Source: Candidatus Poribacteria bacterium (GTDB lineage: Bacteria > Poribacteria > WGA-4E > WGA-3G). Taken from it: 64,000 nt of DNA. The DNA lies in NCBI GenBank assembly GCA_965198235.1, contig OZ240248.1:3232001-3296000 (forward strand), given 5' to 3'. This document shows, in pieces, positions 48,697 through 57,545 of the stretch (the stretch's first letter is position 1; each line of letters opens with the position of its first letter). A program made the translations under genes and the position numbers. The notes beneath the pieces were generated by a model. The model saw nothing but the letters and a program-made list of their open reading frames with translations, made no database searches and was not told the DNA's origin.

Positions 48697-50571
48697 TTAA
48701 GGAATAAGTGCCCGGAATTCTGGGCTGAAACGGATGGCATCAAACTCACTTTGAGTTTGTGCTCTTTGTATGAATTGCTTATCCAGAGCAATGGCTTTGG
48801 TAAGGTATTTCAACGCTTGAGAGGATTGTCCTTCTTTCATAGCCGCTAAGCTGGCGTGATATAGGTATTCAGGGTTATTCGAGGTATACGCGAGTACCTG
48901 TTCAAAGGCGTTGAGGGCTTCCCTGTAGCGTCCCTGTTTATACAGTATCCATCCGAGCGTATCGTGAATATATGTTGCATCTGGGGTGAGTTCATGTGCG
49001 CGTCTTGCCAACCTTTCTGCTTCACTTAGATTTGTCCCCAATTTATCGGCATAGAGCCACGCCAGTGTGTTGTATGCTGCCGCAAATTCTGGACCTGTCG
49101 CAATCGATTCCGAAAGTAGCGTAACTGCCGCCTCTAAGTTCCCTGTTGCGCTGGCGCGTCGTCCCTGTTCCCACAATTGATAGGCTGTAAATGGATATTT
49201 TCCTGCTTTGAGTTCGGTGGCGAATACGAGCAACTGTGCAATCTGTGGATTGGGACGTATAGTTTGAGCGGTTTTGCATGCTTGAATTGCCTCGTCGAAT
49301 CGCTTTAAACTGAAATATACCCACGCTAAATTTTCATGTGCCATCGCGTAGCGAGGATTCAACGCGACTGCCTGCTCCCACAATTTAAGTGCAGTGGGTA
49401 TATCTCCCCGGTTTCTCGCTGAAATGCCACGCCTCCATGTCCGATAAGCCTGCATCGTGTATTCACCAGATTTTATGTCTTGGGCGGTATTGAGCGTAAA
49501 CTTAATAGTATTCAATTCGGATGGTGAAACACGCGAACCTTTCCCTGCGGAAATCGCGGTGGTGTTTGTTTTTATTGCTGACTGGCATGCCGCGATGGCA
49601 GAGTCCAACCGTTCCATTTCAAGCAGAACCGTGCCCATGTTCGCCCAAGCACTTACCATTTCTGGATTTAGGTCCACCGCTTGTTGGTAAGCAGAGACTG
49701 CTGATTCCAATTGCTTGTCGGACAGATAACAGTTCCCAAGGTTATAAAAAATGTCTGCTACACCTGCCTGTTGAGAACGCTTCTTGTCAGATACCAACGC
49801 GATTGCTGAAAGGTAAATGCTGATTGCAGATTCGTATTCACCTATTTCAAAATAGAGTCCAGCCAGTTGTAAATATGCTTGTAAGTACGTCGGACTTTCA
49901 GCGATCGCTTGTTTCCAGGCAGCTATCGCAGCTTCCGTTCGTCCGGTACGTTTAGCCTGCATGCCTACCTGATAGTGTTGATAAGCAGTAAGCGAGTAAA
50001 TTCGAGCATGCAAGTCGCGAGCGGTTGCGAGGTTAACATGCAACTGGTGCAGATTGGGACTGAGGGTCAGGCCTTCCTCATATACCGCAATTGCCTCGTC
50101 AAACCGACCTAATTCTTGATAGGCAAGCCCTAAATTGTTGAGTGCTTCTACGTTATGCGGTTGAATTTCAAGAGCAGTTTCATAAGCTTTGGTTGCCTGT
50201 TCATAGAGAGCCCGCTTAGCAGAAATATTTACGGCATTGGCGTTGCCAGCTTTGTGTGAAGCCAGCCCTAATTTGATGAGCGCGTCTATGTCGCGGGGCA
50301 GAAGTTTTAAGGTGTGGGTAAAGGCATCGATCGCTTTTGGGAATTCTGCTTTCTGATAGTAAACTAATCCGATGTGATAGTGCGCATCCGCAAATTCTGG
50401 CGCGATTGTTGTAACTTGCCTGAACGTTTCAAGCGCAACGTCTAACTGCCCGGCGTTTAATTCTTGGATGCCTTGGGCAAATAAGGACGTTGCCTTTTCG
50501 CTTGCAACAATCGTGTGCCCGATGGTAATGAGTAGGACACAGATCCAAATGAGGAGTTGGGGGCGATACAT
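48697..50571 (-). CDS. secreted tetratricopeptide repeat protein
   Basis: Signal peptide; many TPRs (ALNNLGLAY, DTLGWILY). Confidence 0.88.
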   Translation of the reverse strand: MYRPQLLIWICVLLITIGHTIVASEKATSLFAQGIQELNAGQLDVALETFRQVTTIAPEFADAHYHIGLVYYQKAEFPKAIDAFTHTLKLLPRDIDALIKLGLASHKAGNANAVNISAKRALYEQATKAYETALEIQPHNVEALNNLGLAYQELGRFDEAIAVYEEGLTLSPNLHQLHVNLATARDLHARIYSLTAYQHYQVGMQAKRTGRTEAAIAAWKQAIAESPTYLQAYLQLAGLYFEIGEYESAISIYLSAIALVSDKKRSQQAGVADIFYNLGNCYLSDKQLESAVSAYQQAVDLNPEMVSAWANMGTVLLEMERLDSAIAACQSAIKTNTTAISAGKGSRVSPSELNTIKFTLNTAQDIKSGEYTMQAYRTWRRGISARNRGDIPTALKLWEQAVALNPRYAMAHENLAWVYFSLKRFDEAIQACKTAQTIRPNPQIAQLLVFATELKAGKYPFTAYQLWEQGRRASATGNLEAAVTLLSESIATGPEFAAAYNTLAWLYADKLGTNLSEAERLARRAHELTPDATYIHDTLGWILYKQGRYREALNAFEQVLAYTSNNPEYLYHASLAAMKEGQSSQALKYLTKAIALDKQFIQRAQTQSEFDAIRFSPEFRALIP

Positions 50572-50820
50572 CGGTTTATCTTCCCATCACGTTTGCAAAA
50601 CAGGTTAGCATGTTGAATTTCCGTATATTTTAGCGGGTTTACCGTTTTATTGCAACTTGACAGTGGAAAAGTGCCTAAAGGCTATCATCACAACCGAAAG
50701 GGACTATACTTCTATGCAGAGATGGGGTATAATACCGATTTGAGGACACCCTTGAATTATCTCGCGTAAGAATTGCGTGAAGAAATAGCGACAAAAGTTC
50801 GCATCCACAGGTATTTTTTC

Positions 50821-52479
50821 ATGAAGTTTGCGTTCCGACTTCTCATAAGCCTTTTTATCGTTTCTAATGGACATGGACAATCAACTGTTAGATTTACAGA
50901 TGTCACCGCGGAGAGTGGCGTTGTCTTCCAGCACGAGGATGGTCGCAGTTACAAGAAGTATTTTGTCGAAACACTCGGTTCTGGAATCGCTCTGTTCGAT
51001 TATGACAATGACAACGACGTAGATATTTATCTCATCAATGGTGCCAATTTAGATACCTTTAATACCACTACGGATACAATGAACCACCTTTACCGCAACG
51101 ATGGAACAGGCCACTTCGTTGATGTAACTGACGAGAGTGGTCTTGGGCATCAGGGTTACGGTGTTGGTGTTTGTGTCGGAGATTACGACAACGACGGTTG
51201 GCTTGATGTGTATGTAACCAACTTTGGCACTAATATACTTTACCGAAATAATGGAGACGGCACTTTCATTGACCGGACAGTAGAAGCAGGTGTAGGGGTC
51301 GATGACTGGAGCGCAGGGTGTGCGTTTGCGGATGTGGATGCCGATGGGGACTTGGATCTCTATGTTGCGAACTATGTCAATTTCTCTGTGGAGACGCACA
51401 CGCCTTGTCGGGTCAAAGGGATCCTGGTTTATTGTAGTCCTCGGACTTATGATGGGGTGAAAGACATTTTTTATCGCAACAATGGCGATGGCACCTTTAC
51501 TGAGGATACGCTGAATACAGGTTTTGACAACTTCGCTGCGCGAGGTCTTGGTGTTACCTTCGGGGATTATGACGCTGATGGCGACACAGATCTCTACGTC
51601 GCAAACGATGCAGATGCCAACTTCCTCTATAATAACGATGGAAGTGGGAAGTTTCGAGAGCAGAGTCAGTTTGCTGGTGTCGCACTTAGCGAACACGGAT
51701 TGGTTGAAAACGGGATGGGTGTTGCTTTCGGCGATTACGATAACGATACATGGCTCGACCTCGTCGTCACTAACTTTCAGCATCAGACAAATACACTTTA
51801 TCACAGCGATACGGGTGAATTCTTCACGGATCAGACCTATACGTCTGGCACCGGTAACATCAGTCTGCCGTATTTAGCGTGGGGGGTCAATTTCTTTGAT
51901 TTCGACCATGATGGATTTCAGGACATCTTCGTTGCAAATGGACATATCCACGATAATGTAACACTCATTGATAGTTCAACGACGTATGAGCAACCGAACC
52001 ACCTATTTTGGAACAACGGAAATGGCACCTTTGCGGATGTCACGGCGCAAAGCGGTCCGGGATTTGCGCTGCAGCGTTCCAGCCGCGGCAGTGCCGTCGG
52101 TGATTTGGATAACGATGGTGATCTTGATCTGGTAGTGTCAAATGTCGGTGAAAGTGTGGATATCCTGCGGAACGATGGAGGAAATCGTTCAGGACATTGG
52201 ATAAACCTTATGTTGGTAGGCACTACGTCCAATCGAGCCGCCATTGGAACGCGGGTGCTTATGAAGACGGGCGATTCCTGCCAAGTGCGAGAGGTACGGA
52301 GCGGTTCAAGTTACCTCTCACAAAACGATTTGCGCTTACATTTTGGGGTTGGAAGCCAAGAAAAGGTGGAATTAGAGATTAAATGGCAGGGAGGAACCGT
52401 TCAGAGATTTTCGGAGGTGCCAGTCAATCAGTTTCTAAAAATTGTGGAGGGGCGCGATCAATTGGAGTCGCTTAATTGA
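50821..52479 (+). CDS. CRTAC1/FG-GAP repeat protein with ASPIC/UnbV domain
   Basis: Repeated DYDNDG..D.YV.N, LYRN.GDGTF; GSSYLSQND.RLHFG. Confidence 0.9.
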   Translation: MKFAFRLLISLFIVSNGHGQSTVRFTDVTAESGVVFQHEDGRSYKKYFVETLGSGIALFDYDNDNDVDIYLINGANLDTFNTTTDTMNHLYRNDGTGHFVDVTDESGLGHQGYGVGVCVGDYDNDGWLDVYVTNFGTNILYRNNGDGTFIDRTVEAGVGVDDWSAGCAFADVDADGDLDLYVANYVNFSVETHTPCRVKGILVYCSPRTYDGVKDIFYRNNGDGTFTEDTLNTGFDNFAARGLGVTFGDYDADGDTDLYVANDADANFLYNNDGSGKFREQSQFAGVALSEHGLVENGMGVAFGDYDNDTWLDLVVTNFQHQTNTLYHSDTGEFFTDQTYTSGTGNISLPYLAWGVNFFDFDHDGFQDIFVANGHIHDNVTLIDSSTTYEQPNHLFWNNGNGTFADVTAQSGPGFALQRSSRGSAVGDLDNDGDLDLVVSNVGESVDILRNDGGNRSGHWINLMLVGTTSNRAAIGTRVLMKTGDSCQVREVRSGSSYLSQNDLRLHFGVGSQEKVELEIKWQGGTVQRFSEVPVNQFLKIVEGRDQLESLN

Positions 52480-52484
52480 ACATG

Positions 52485-53393
52485 TTAGGGAGGTGGTGTT
52501 GCGGCGCATCGGAAGCCAATGGTTAGGTTGCGCGTTTCGGGGCGTGCGTGAAATCGATAAGCACACCGCATCTGATAGATACCGAGAAGGTTATTACTCC
52601 ACGAACCACCGCGTAACATCCGAGTCTGTCCTGTTTCAGGTCCCTGTGGATTTTGGTGTTGACTGTGTTGGTAATAATCCGCTGCGTACCAGTCAGCACA
52701 CCATTCAAACACATTACCTGCCATGTCGTACAACCCGTATCCGTTAGCAGGAAAGCTTCCGATAGGAGAGGTCCAGAGCCATTTGTCTTTTCCCCAAGCA
52801 CCGACAGTGTTCGCATGGTTTCGAGAGGAATCGTTTCCCCACGGATAATTTTGATTGACGAGCCTACCCCGCGCCGCCTTTTCCCATTCCGCTTCCGTAG
52901 TGAGCCGTTTGCCTGCCCATTCGCAATACGCCACGGCATCGGTGTAAGAGACACCGACCACAGGATGTGTGCCGTTTTTGGCACCGACAGGAAAGGATTC
53001 TTCCGCTCCTATCTGCGGGGTATGTGTCCAATATTTCGGTGTCAGATGTCCCGTTGCTGCAATAAAAACGGCATACTGCGCGTTCGACACAGGGGAGCGG
53101 TCAATATAGAATGCTGGAAGCGAAACAGAGTGCTGGGGGTGTTCCGCGTGGAAAAAATCTGTGGAGAGTCGGTCATCTTTGTGAATCAACGCGGCGGTTT
53201 GTGCAAGCGTGCTGCCCATCAGATAGGTTCCCGATGGAATCAGAACCATCTCACTGCCATCAGTTTCATTGATAACAACGAGAGGAAGTTCAGTGAACGC
53301 CGAATACGTAGGAATGAGAAAATAGACGCTCAAGAAAACAAAAGTCAGTCTATTTTTGATGTATTGGTGAATTGTTCTGTATTTCAAGTTCAT
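52485..53393 (-). CDS. formylglycine-generating enzyme (SUMF1) family protein
   Basis: RLTTEAEWEKAARG, YPWG, GLYDMAGNVFEW, RGGSW, IGFRC. Confidence 0.9.
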   Translation of the reverse strand: MNLKYRTIHQYIKNRLTFVFLSVYFLIPTYSAFTELPLVVINETDGSEMVLIPSGTYLMGSTLAQTAALIHKDDRLSTDFFHAEHPQHSVSLPAFYIDRSPVSNAQYAVFIAATGHLTPKYWTHTPQIGAEESFPVGAKNGTHPVVGVSYTDAVAYCEWAGKRLTTEAEWEKAARGRLVNQNYPWGNDSSRNHANTVGAWGKDKWLWTSPIGSFPANGYGLYDMAGNVFEWCADWYAADYYQHSQHQNPQGPETGQTRMLRGGSWSNNLLGIYQMRCAYRFHARPETRNLTIGFRCAATPPP

Positions 53394-53542
53394 TTTTTTA
53401 ACCTTCTTTGGATACACAAAGTGTAGCACAGCATCTATGTGGTGTCAAATTCTAAAGTCGGTAAGCGGCGCACTCAGGAGATAGCTCCTGCTGAGGCGGT
53501 CAGGAGTCGGAAACTCTCAGAGATCTCTCCTATAATGAAGAT

Positions 53543-53719
53543 GTCGGGATTCGGAGCTCCCTCCTATAGGAAAACTGGATGGCTCTGAATTAAAAGCAGA
53601 GACATTCAATTGTAGGTTTTTTGAGCATTTTCGCGAAGGCATCGCGAGCAGGAGCTCGCTCCTACAGCGAAGTGCTCTCAAGCAGAACATCAAAATTGTG
53701 GGAGAATTGAATGCTTCTG
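53543..53719. repeat. REP-like repeats and nested MITE-like element
   Basis: GTCGGGATTCGGAGCTCCCTCCTAT; CAGAGACATTCAATT ... AATTGAATGCTTCTG enclosing CGCGAGCAGGAGCTCGCTCCTAC (near-identical copy near 36087). Confidence 0.65.
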
Positions 53720-53738
53720 GAATTAAAAGAAAGAAATC

Positions 53739-53768
53739 TTGACAAGTATTAACAAAATAGATTATAAT
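53739..53768 (+). promoter_or_regulatory. sigma70-type promoter
   Basis: TTGACA-18bp-TATAAT. Confidence 0.6.
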
Positions 53769-53787
53769 TAAAATAACTTCTACACAT

Positions 53788-54531
53788 ATGGAGGTAACCG
53801 CTGTGCGAAAAATGGCTATTTTCTGTTACCTGATAATGTTGATTCTGCTGTTGTGTCAGGTGAGCGATGCGAAACTTCTCATAGCAGATGATTTTAAAGG
53901 TAAACTCAACGGTAAATACTGGAAGGGCCAAGAGGCGTCTTGGGATGTGAACGGCGGGCAGCTGGAAATCCACAGAGTTGGTGGAGATGGCAACGGTCCC
54001 ATGGATTTTGGGTACGGGTTGATAGAGTTTGAAAATTTTGGGTTACGTCTCGATTTTCATCTGCTTGTTGATCCGTTTCCGAGTAAGATGGAACTCTTGT
54101 TTCGTGCGAATATAGACTACCATTTCTATCAATTAATTATTACACCTGCTGATGGTGCCGGTCGCCCGAATTCTGCACGTTGGTACAAGCGCGAAGGAAA
54201 TGATCGAGGCACCTGGAAGGAGTATCGCGAACACAGAGCTGAATTCCCAATTCAGGTTTTATCGAAAACGTGGTACACAATCGTATTGCTTGGGGATGGT
54301 AATACGTTCCAACTCTATATCAAAGAACGGGGAACACCCACATTTGACAAGGTCATCGAATGGACGGATTTGAAAAACCTCCATCCTAAAGGGGCCCTCG
54401 GTATTCACACCAATCAACTTCAACACTACTACATTGATAATCTTTATCTTTACGATAACCCACGCGAGGTTAACCTCGCCGTTGAACCTCAAGGCAAACT
54501 TGCTGTAACATGGGCGGCTCTCAAACAATAG
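53788..54531 (+). CDS. secreted DUF1080/concanavalin-like protein with C-terminal TW motif
   Basis: Signal peptide; DDF...W, KGALGI, YIDNL; ends AVEPQGKLAVTWAALKQ. Confidence 0.65.
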   Translation: MEVTAVRKMAIFCYLIMLILLLCQVSDAKLLIADDFKGKLNGKYWKGQEASWDVNGGQLEIHRVGGDGNGPMDFGYGLIEFENFGLRLDFHLLVDPFPSKMELLFRANIDYHFYQLIITPADGAGRPNSARWYKREGNDRGTWKEYREHRAEFPIQVLSKTWYTIVLLGDGNTFQLYIKERGTPTFDKVIEWTDLKNLHPKGALGIHTNQLQHYYIDNLYLYDNPREVNLAVEPQGKLAVTWAALKQ

Positions 54532-54836
54532 GTGCCCCAGTTTCAAGGAACTTGTGCCGTTTTGCAGAAACGATTTTGGAGCGAAAAAGCGTTGGCACTC
54601 ACTTACAGTTCATTAGAACACGCTATAAGGTTTCTGTGCTTTGATTGGCGGAAACTTTATGGTTTCATTTGCGTTTCCGACTAACTACATGTTAGTGTAA
54701 CTATTTAAACTTTCCAGGCGCAAAAGCGTCTAATTTTGCATCCTCACCTGGCGAGGAATGCTGTTTCGTCACACGCATACGTTACACAAAACATAACGAC
54801 ATAAGATCAACCACCTCAAAAAGGAGAACTGAAACC

Positions 54837-55709
54837 GTGAAACAACTTTTCCTAATTTTAGTACTCAGCTTATCACTTTTCGCGCTTGCTTTGACAAGCG
54901 CGTTTGCAGCAGACTTGGCAATTTATTCGGGGCCGACGAACCCGGGTTGGATTTCACAAGATGCTGCGATCGCGAACGCTGAGGCGATCATGAATGACGA
55001 CCAGATGAAAGCCATCTTTGAAAGCGTTGAAAACTACGGAGATGGCGACGAAGTCGGTTCTGATTCCCCGTTAGGTAAATGGATGAAGGCACACACTGGG
55101 AACGGACAGCAGGATGTTTTCATTGCTGCCTCAGGGACCGCACCGAGCGCAGTTTATCAATTCCCGAATGTAAATCCTGACGGTTCCAACATCGAAAATT
55201 TCATTGAAGATGGGAACGTTTTCATCAACGTTGCAGACTGGCTTTTGTATATGAGTTACGAAGGCGGCTCGCGGAGTGCTGATAATGGAGCAGCAGGAGC
55301 TGCAAATGTTTTTGACATTCCCGGGCTTACCTTCGGCAATCGAGGTGGACCGCAGGTCCCCACGGATGATGGGAAGAAATACATCGCATCGTTGGAGGAA
55401 TTCAAGTCCGATCGTCCATGGCATCTGGAGCAGTTCGACGGCACAGATTGGGAAGTCACTGCTTTTGCTGTCTCAAACGACGATCCGAATACCGCTGATC
55501 CAGCGGTTGCTGTTAATAAGGCAGACGGCGGAATTATCGCCGCAATGTGGCAAAAGGCACAGCCCAATTGGGGTGGTGACGATCCGCGTGCAAGCGGCGT
55601 TATTGAATTTATCGCCAACTGGCTCATGGAACATGGAAGTATTGTAACCGCGGTAGATGCCCAGCACAAAATGGCGACAACCTGGGGCAGAATTAAATCC
55701 GGTCGATAG
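54837..55709 (+). CDS. secreted hypothetical protein with C-terminal TW motif (paralog 1)
   Basis: AGGAG RBS, signal peptide, ends AVDAQHKMATTWGRIKSGR. Confidence 0.8.
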   Translation: MKQLFLILVLSLSLFALALTSAFAADLAIYSGPTNPGWISQDAAIANAEAIMNDDQMKAIFESVENYGDGDEVGSDSPLGKWMKAHTGNGQQDVFIAASGTAPSAVYQFPNVNPDGSNIENFIEDGNVFINVADWLLYMSYEGGSRSADNGAAGAANVFDIPGLTFGNRGGPQVPTDDGKKYIASLEEFKSDRPWHLEQFDGTDWEVTAFAVSNDDPNTADPAVAVNKADGGIIAAMWQKAQPNWGGDDPRASGVIEFIANWLMEHGSIVTAVDAQHKMATTWGRIKSGR

Positions 55710-55813
55710 TTGTCTCTTTGACAACTCCTTTACTGACAAGATACGGGTGGAGTGTTAACGCTCCACTCCAACACTCACCCACTGATGGCAACCAAAAAGG
55801 AGGATTGCACATC

Positions 55814-56680
55814 ATGAAAATCTATGTAGGTATAGCCCTCTTGGCTCTCCTGAGCTGTGTGGCTACAGTTTCAGCAAACGATTTGGCGTTTTACTCAGGA
55901 CCGACCAATCCGGGTTGGATCTCTGACGGCGCAGTTGCCGAAAATGTCAAAGCGATCAGTAACGATGCTGGTGTCAAAGCACTGTTTAACAGCATTGAAG
56001 ACTTTGGCGATGGTGACGAAGAAGGCGATGATTCTCCGCTCGCCAAATGGTGCGTGGAACATACAGGCAATGGCCAGCAAGACGTTATTATCCTCGCTTG
56101 TGGTACGTCACCGAGTGCGCTTTATCCGTTCCCAAACAAAAAGCCGGATGGCTCGAATGTAGAGAACTTCATTGAGGAAGGCAATGTCGTCATTAACGTG
56201 GCAGACTGGATTTTCTATATGAGCTACGAAGGTGGCGTTCGGAGTCCAGATAACGGTGGGGCGGGTGCAGCCAATGTCTTTGATATTGATGGCTTAACTT
56301 TTGGTGATCGGGGTGCTAACTTTGAAGCGACTGACATTGGGAAGGAAGCTATCCCCTCATTCAAACCCTTTAAATCCACCCGTCCGTGGCACCTCGAACA
56401 GTTTGGTGGCTCAGACTGGAATGTCGTTGTTTTTGCGCAAGCAGATAAGAACACAGCAGACCCGGCAGTTGCAGTCAGTAAATCACCGGGCAAAGACGGT
56501 ACCGGTATGATTGCAGCAATGTGGCAGAAGAATGCGCCTATTTGGGCTGATAAACCAGATATCCGAGGTATTGGGGTTGCTGAATTCATTAACAACTGGC
56601 TTGCAGAAGAGGGTTCATTTGATGTTGAAGCCAAGAACAAATTAGCGACAACTTGGGGCACACTCAAGCAGACTCGCTAA
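55814..56680 (+). CDS. secreted hypothetical protein with C-terminal TW motif (paralog 2)
   Basis: GGAGG RBS, signal peptide, collinear with paralog 1, ends VEAKNKLATTWGTLKQTR. Confidence 0.8.
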   Translation: MKIYVGIALLALLSCVATVSANDLAFYSGPTNPGWISDGAVAENVKAISNDAGVKALFNSIEDFGDGDEEGDDSPLAKWCVEHTGNGQQDVIILACGTSPSALYPFPNKKPDGSNVENFIEEGNVVINVADWIFYMSYEGGVRSPDNGGAGAANVFDIDGLTFGDRGANFEATDIGKEAIPSFKPFKSTRPWHLEQFGGSDWNVVVFAQADKNTADPAVAVSKSPGKDGTGMIAAMWQKNAPIWADKPDIRGIGVAEFINNWLAEEGSFDVEAKNKLATTWGTLKQTR

Positions 56681-56736
56681 TTGCGTACAGTTTATCTTTG
56701 AGACAGCATTGAACTGTCCGGACGATTCTTTATAGG

Positions 56737-56787
56737 AGAATGCCTCTGCGCCGCCTGAGCAGCGTAGAGGCATTTTCTTTTTTCTTT
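56737..56787 (+). terminator. rho-independent terminator
   Basis: AATGCCTCTGCGC...GCGTAGAGGCATT stem followed by T-rich tail. Confidence 0.7.
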
Positions 56788-56832
56788 CCAATTTCTTTAT
56801 CTATGGAAACAATTCTCTTAAAGTCTATTGTC

Positions 56833-57537
56833 TTACCGAATGTGGCTATAGAGTTTCGCGAGTTTCTCTGGCGAAACTCCGATGAAATAGAGCAAGGTGA
56901 TGAGCCAGTTGTTTAATGTCGTTCGGACGATACCTTTTGCTTCCCATCGCCTCGCTGATAGATGGATGTGTGGCACGATGAGCATTGTTTTGCCGAGTTT
57001 CCGCAAACCTTTTGAAAATTCCATCTCTTCCAGAATCGGAACGTCGGGAAAACCGCCGATTTTCTCAAAGTCGGCGCGTGCTAAAAAAATGCCACTATCA
57101 CCATAAAACACCTTTAGGTACTTGCCTCGGAGGTCCCCTGCTATTTCAATCATACGATAGAGAATACACTTACCATCGATCTTCTGATGGAACCCACCAC
57201 CGATGTAACCTGACGATAGTGCTGATTCTACTGCCGCCAATGCCCCCGATTCAAGCCAAATATCTGCGTGTAGGAAGATGAGTATGTCGCCTGTTGCCGC
57301 CACTGCACCTGCGTTTAACTGTTTTGCCCTTCCACGCGCTGATGTTAGCACCTTTCCATATTTCTCCGCGATACAGACAGAGTTATCGCTGCTTCCACCA
57401 TCTACGATGATAAGTTCATGGCGTTCCAATTCGGGCTGAAGCTGAGAGAGTGTTTTATCCAGAATCTTTGCTTCGTTCAGAATCGGAATAATAATAGATA
57501 TTGTGGGAGGGGTTTGTAACCCCGACTTCCTTCCCAT
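56833..57537 (-). CDS. family 2 glycosyltransferase, TIGR04283-like
   Basis: ISIIIPILNEA, VDGGSSD, GRAKQLNAGA, FLHAD, YGD.G.F, SARRW. Confidence 0.85.
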   Translation of the reverse strand: MGRKSGLQTPPTISIIIPILNEAKILDKTLSQLQPELERHELIIVDGGSSDNSVCIAEKYGKVLTSARGRAKQLNAGAVAATGDILIFLHADIWLESGALAAVESALSSGYIGGGFHQKIDGKCILYRMIEIAGDLRGKYLKVFYGDSGIFLARADFEKIGGFPDVPILEEMEFSKGLRKLGKTMLIVPHIHLSARRWEAKGIVRTTLNNWLITLLYFIGVSPEKLAKLYSHIR

Positions 57538-57545
57538 GTCCGAAC

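Noticed and set aside
52485-53393. FGE-fold protein as a diversity-generating retroelement target
   Set aside because: No reverse transcriptase or template repeat seen in the window
52653-53426. 257-aa antisense ORF opposite the FGE gene
   Set aside because: No motifs; fully overlaps a confident CDS
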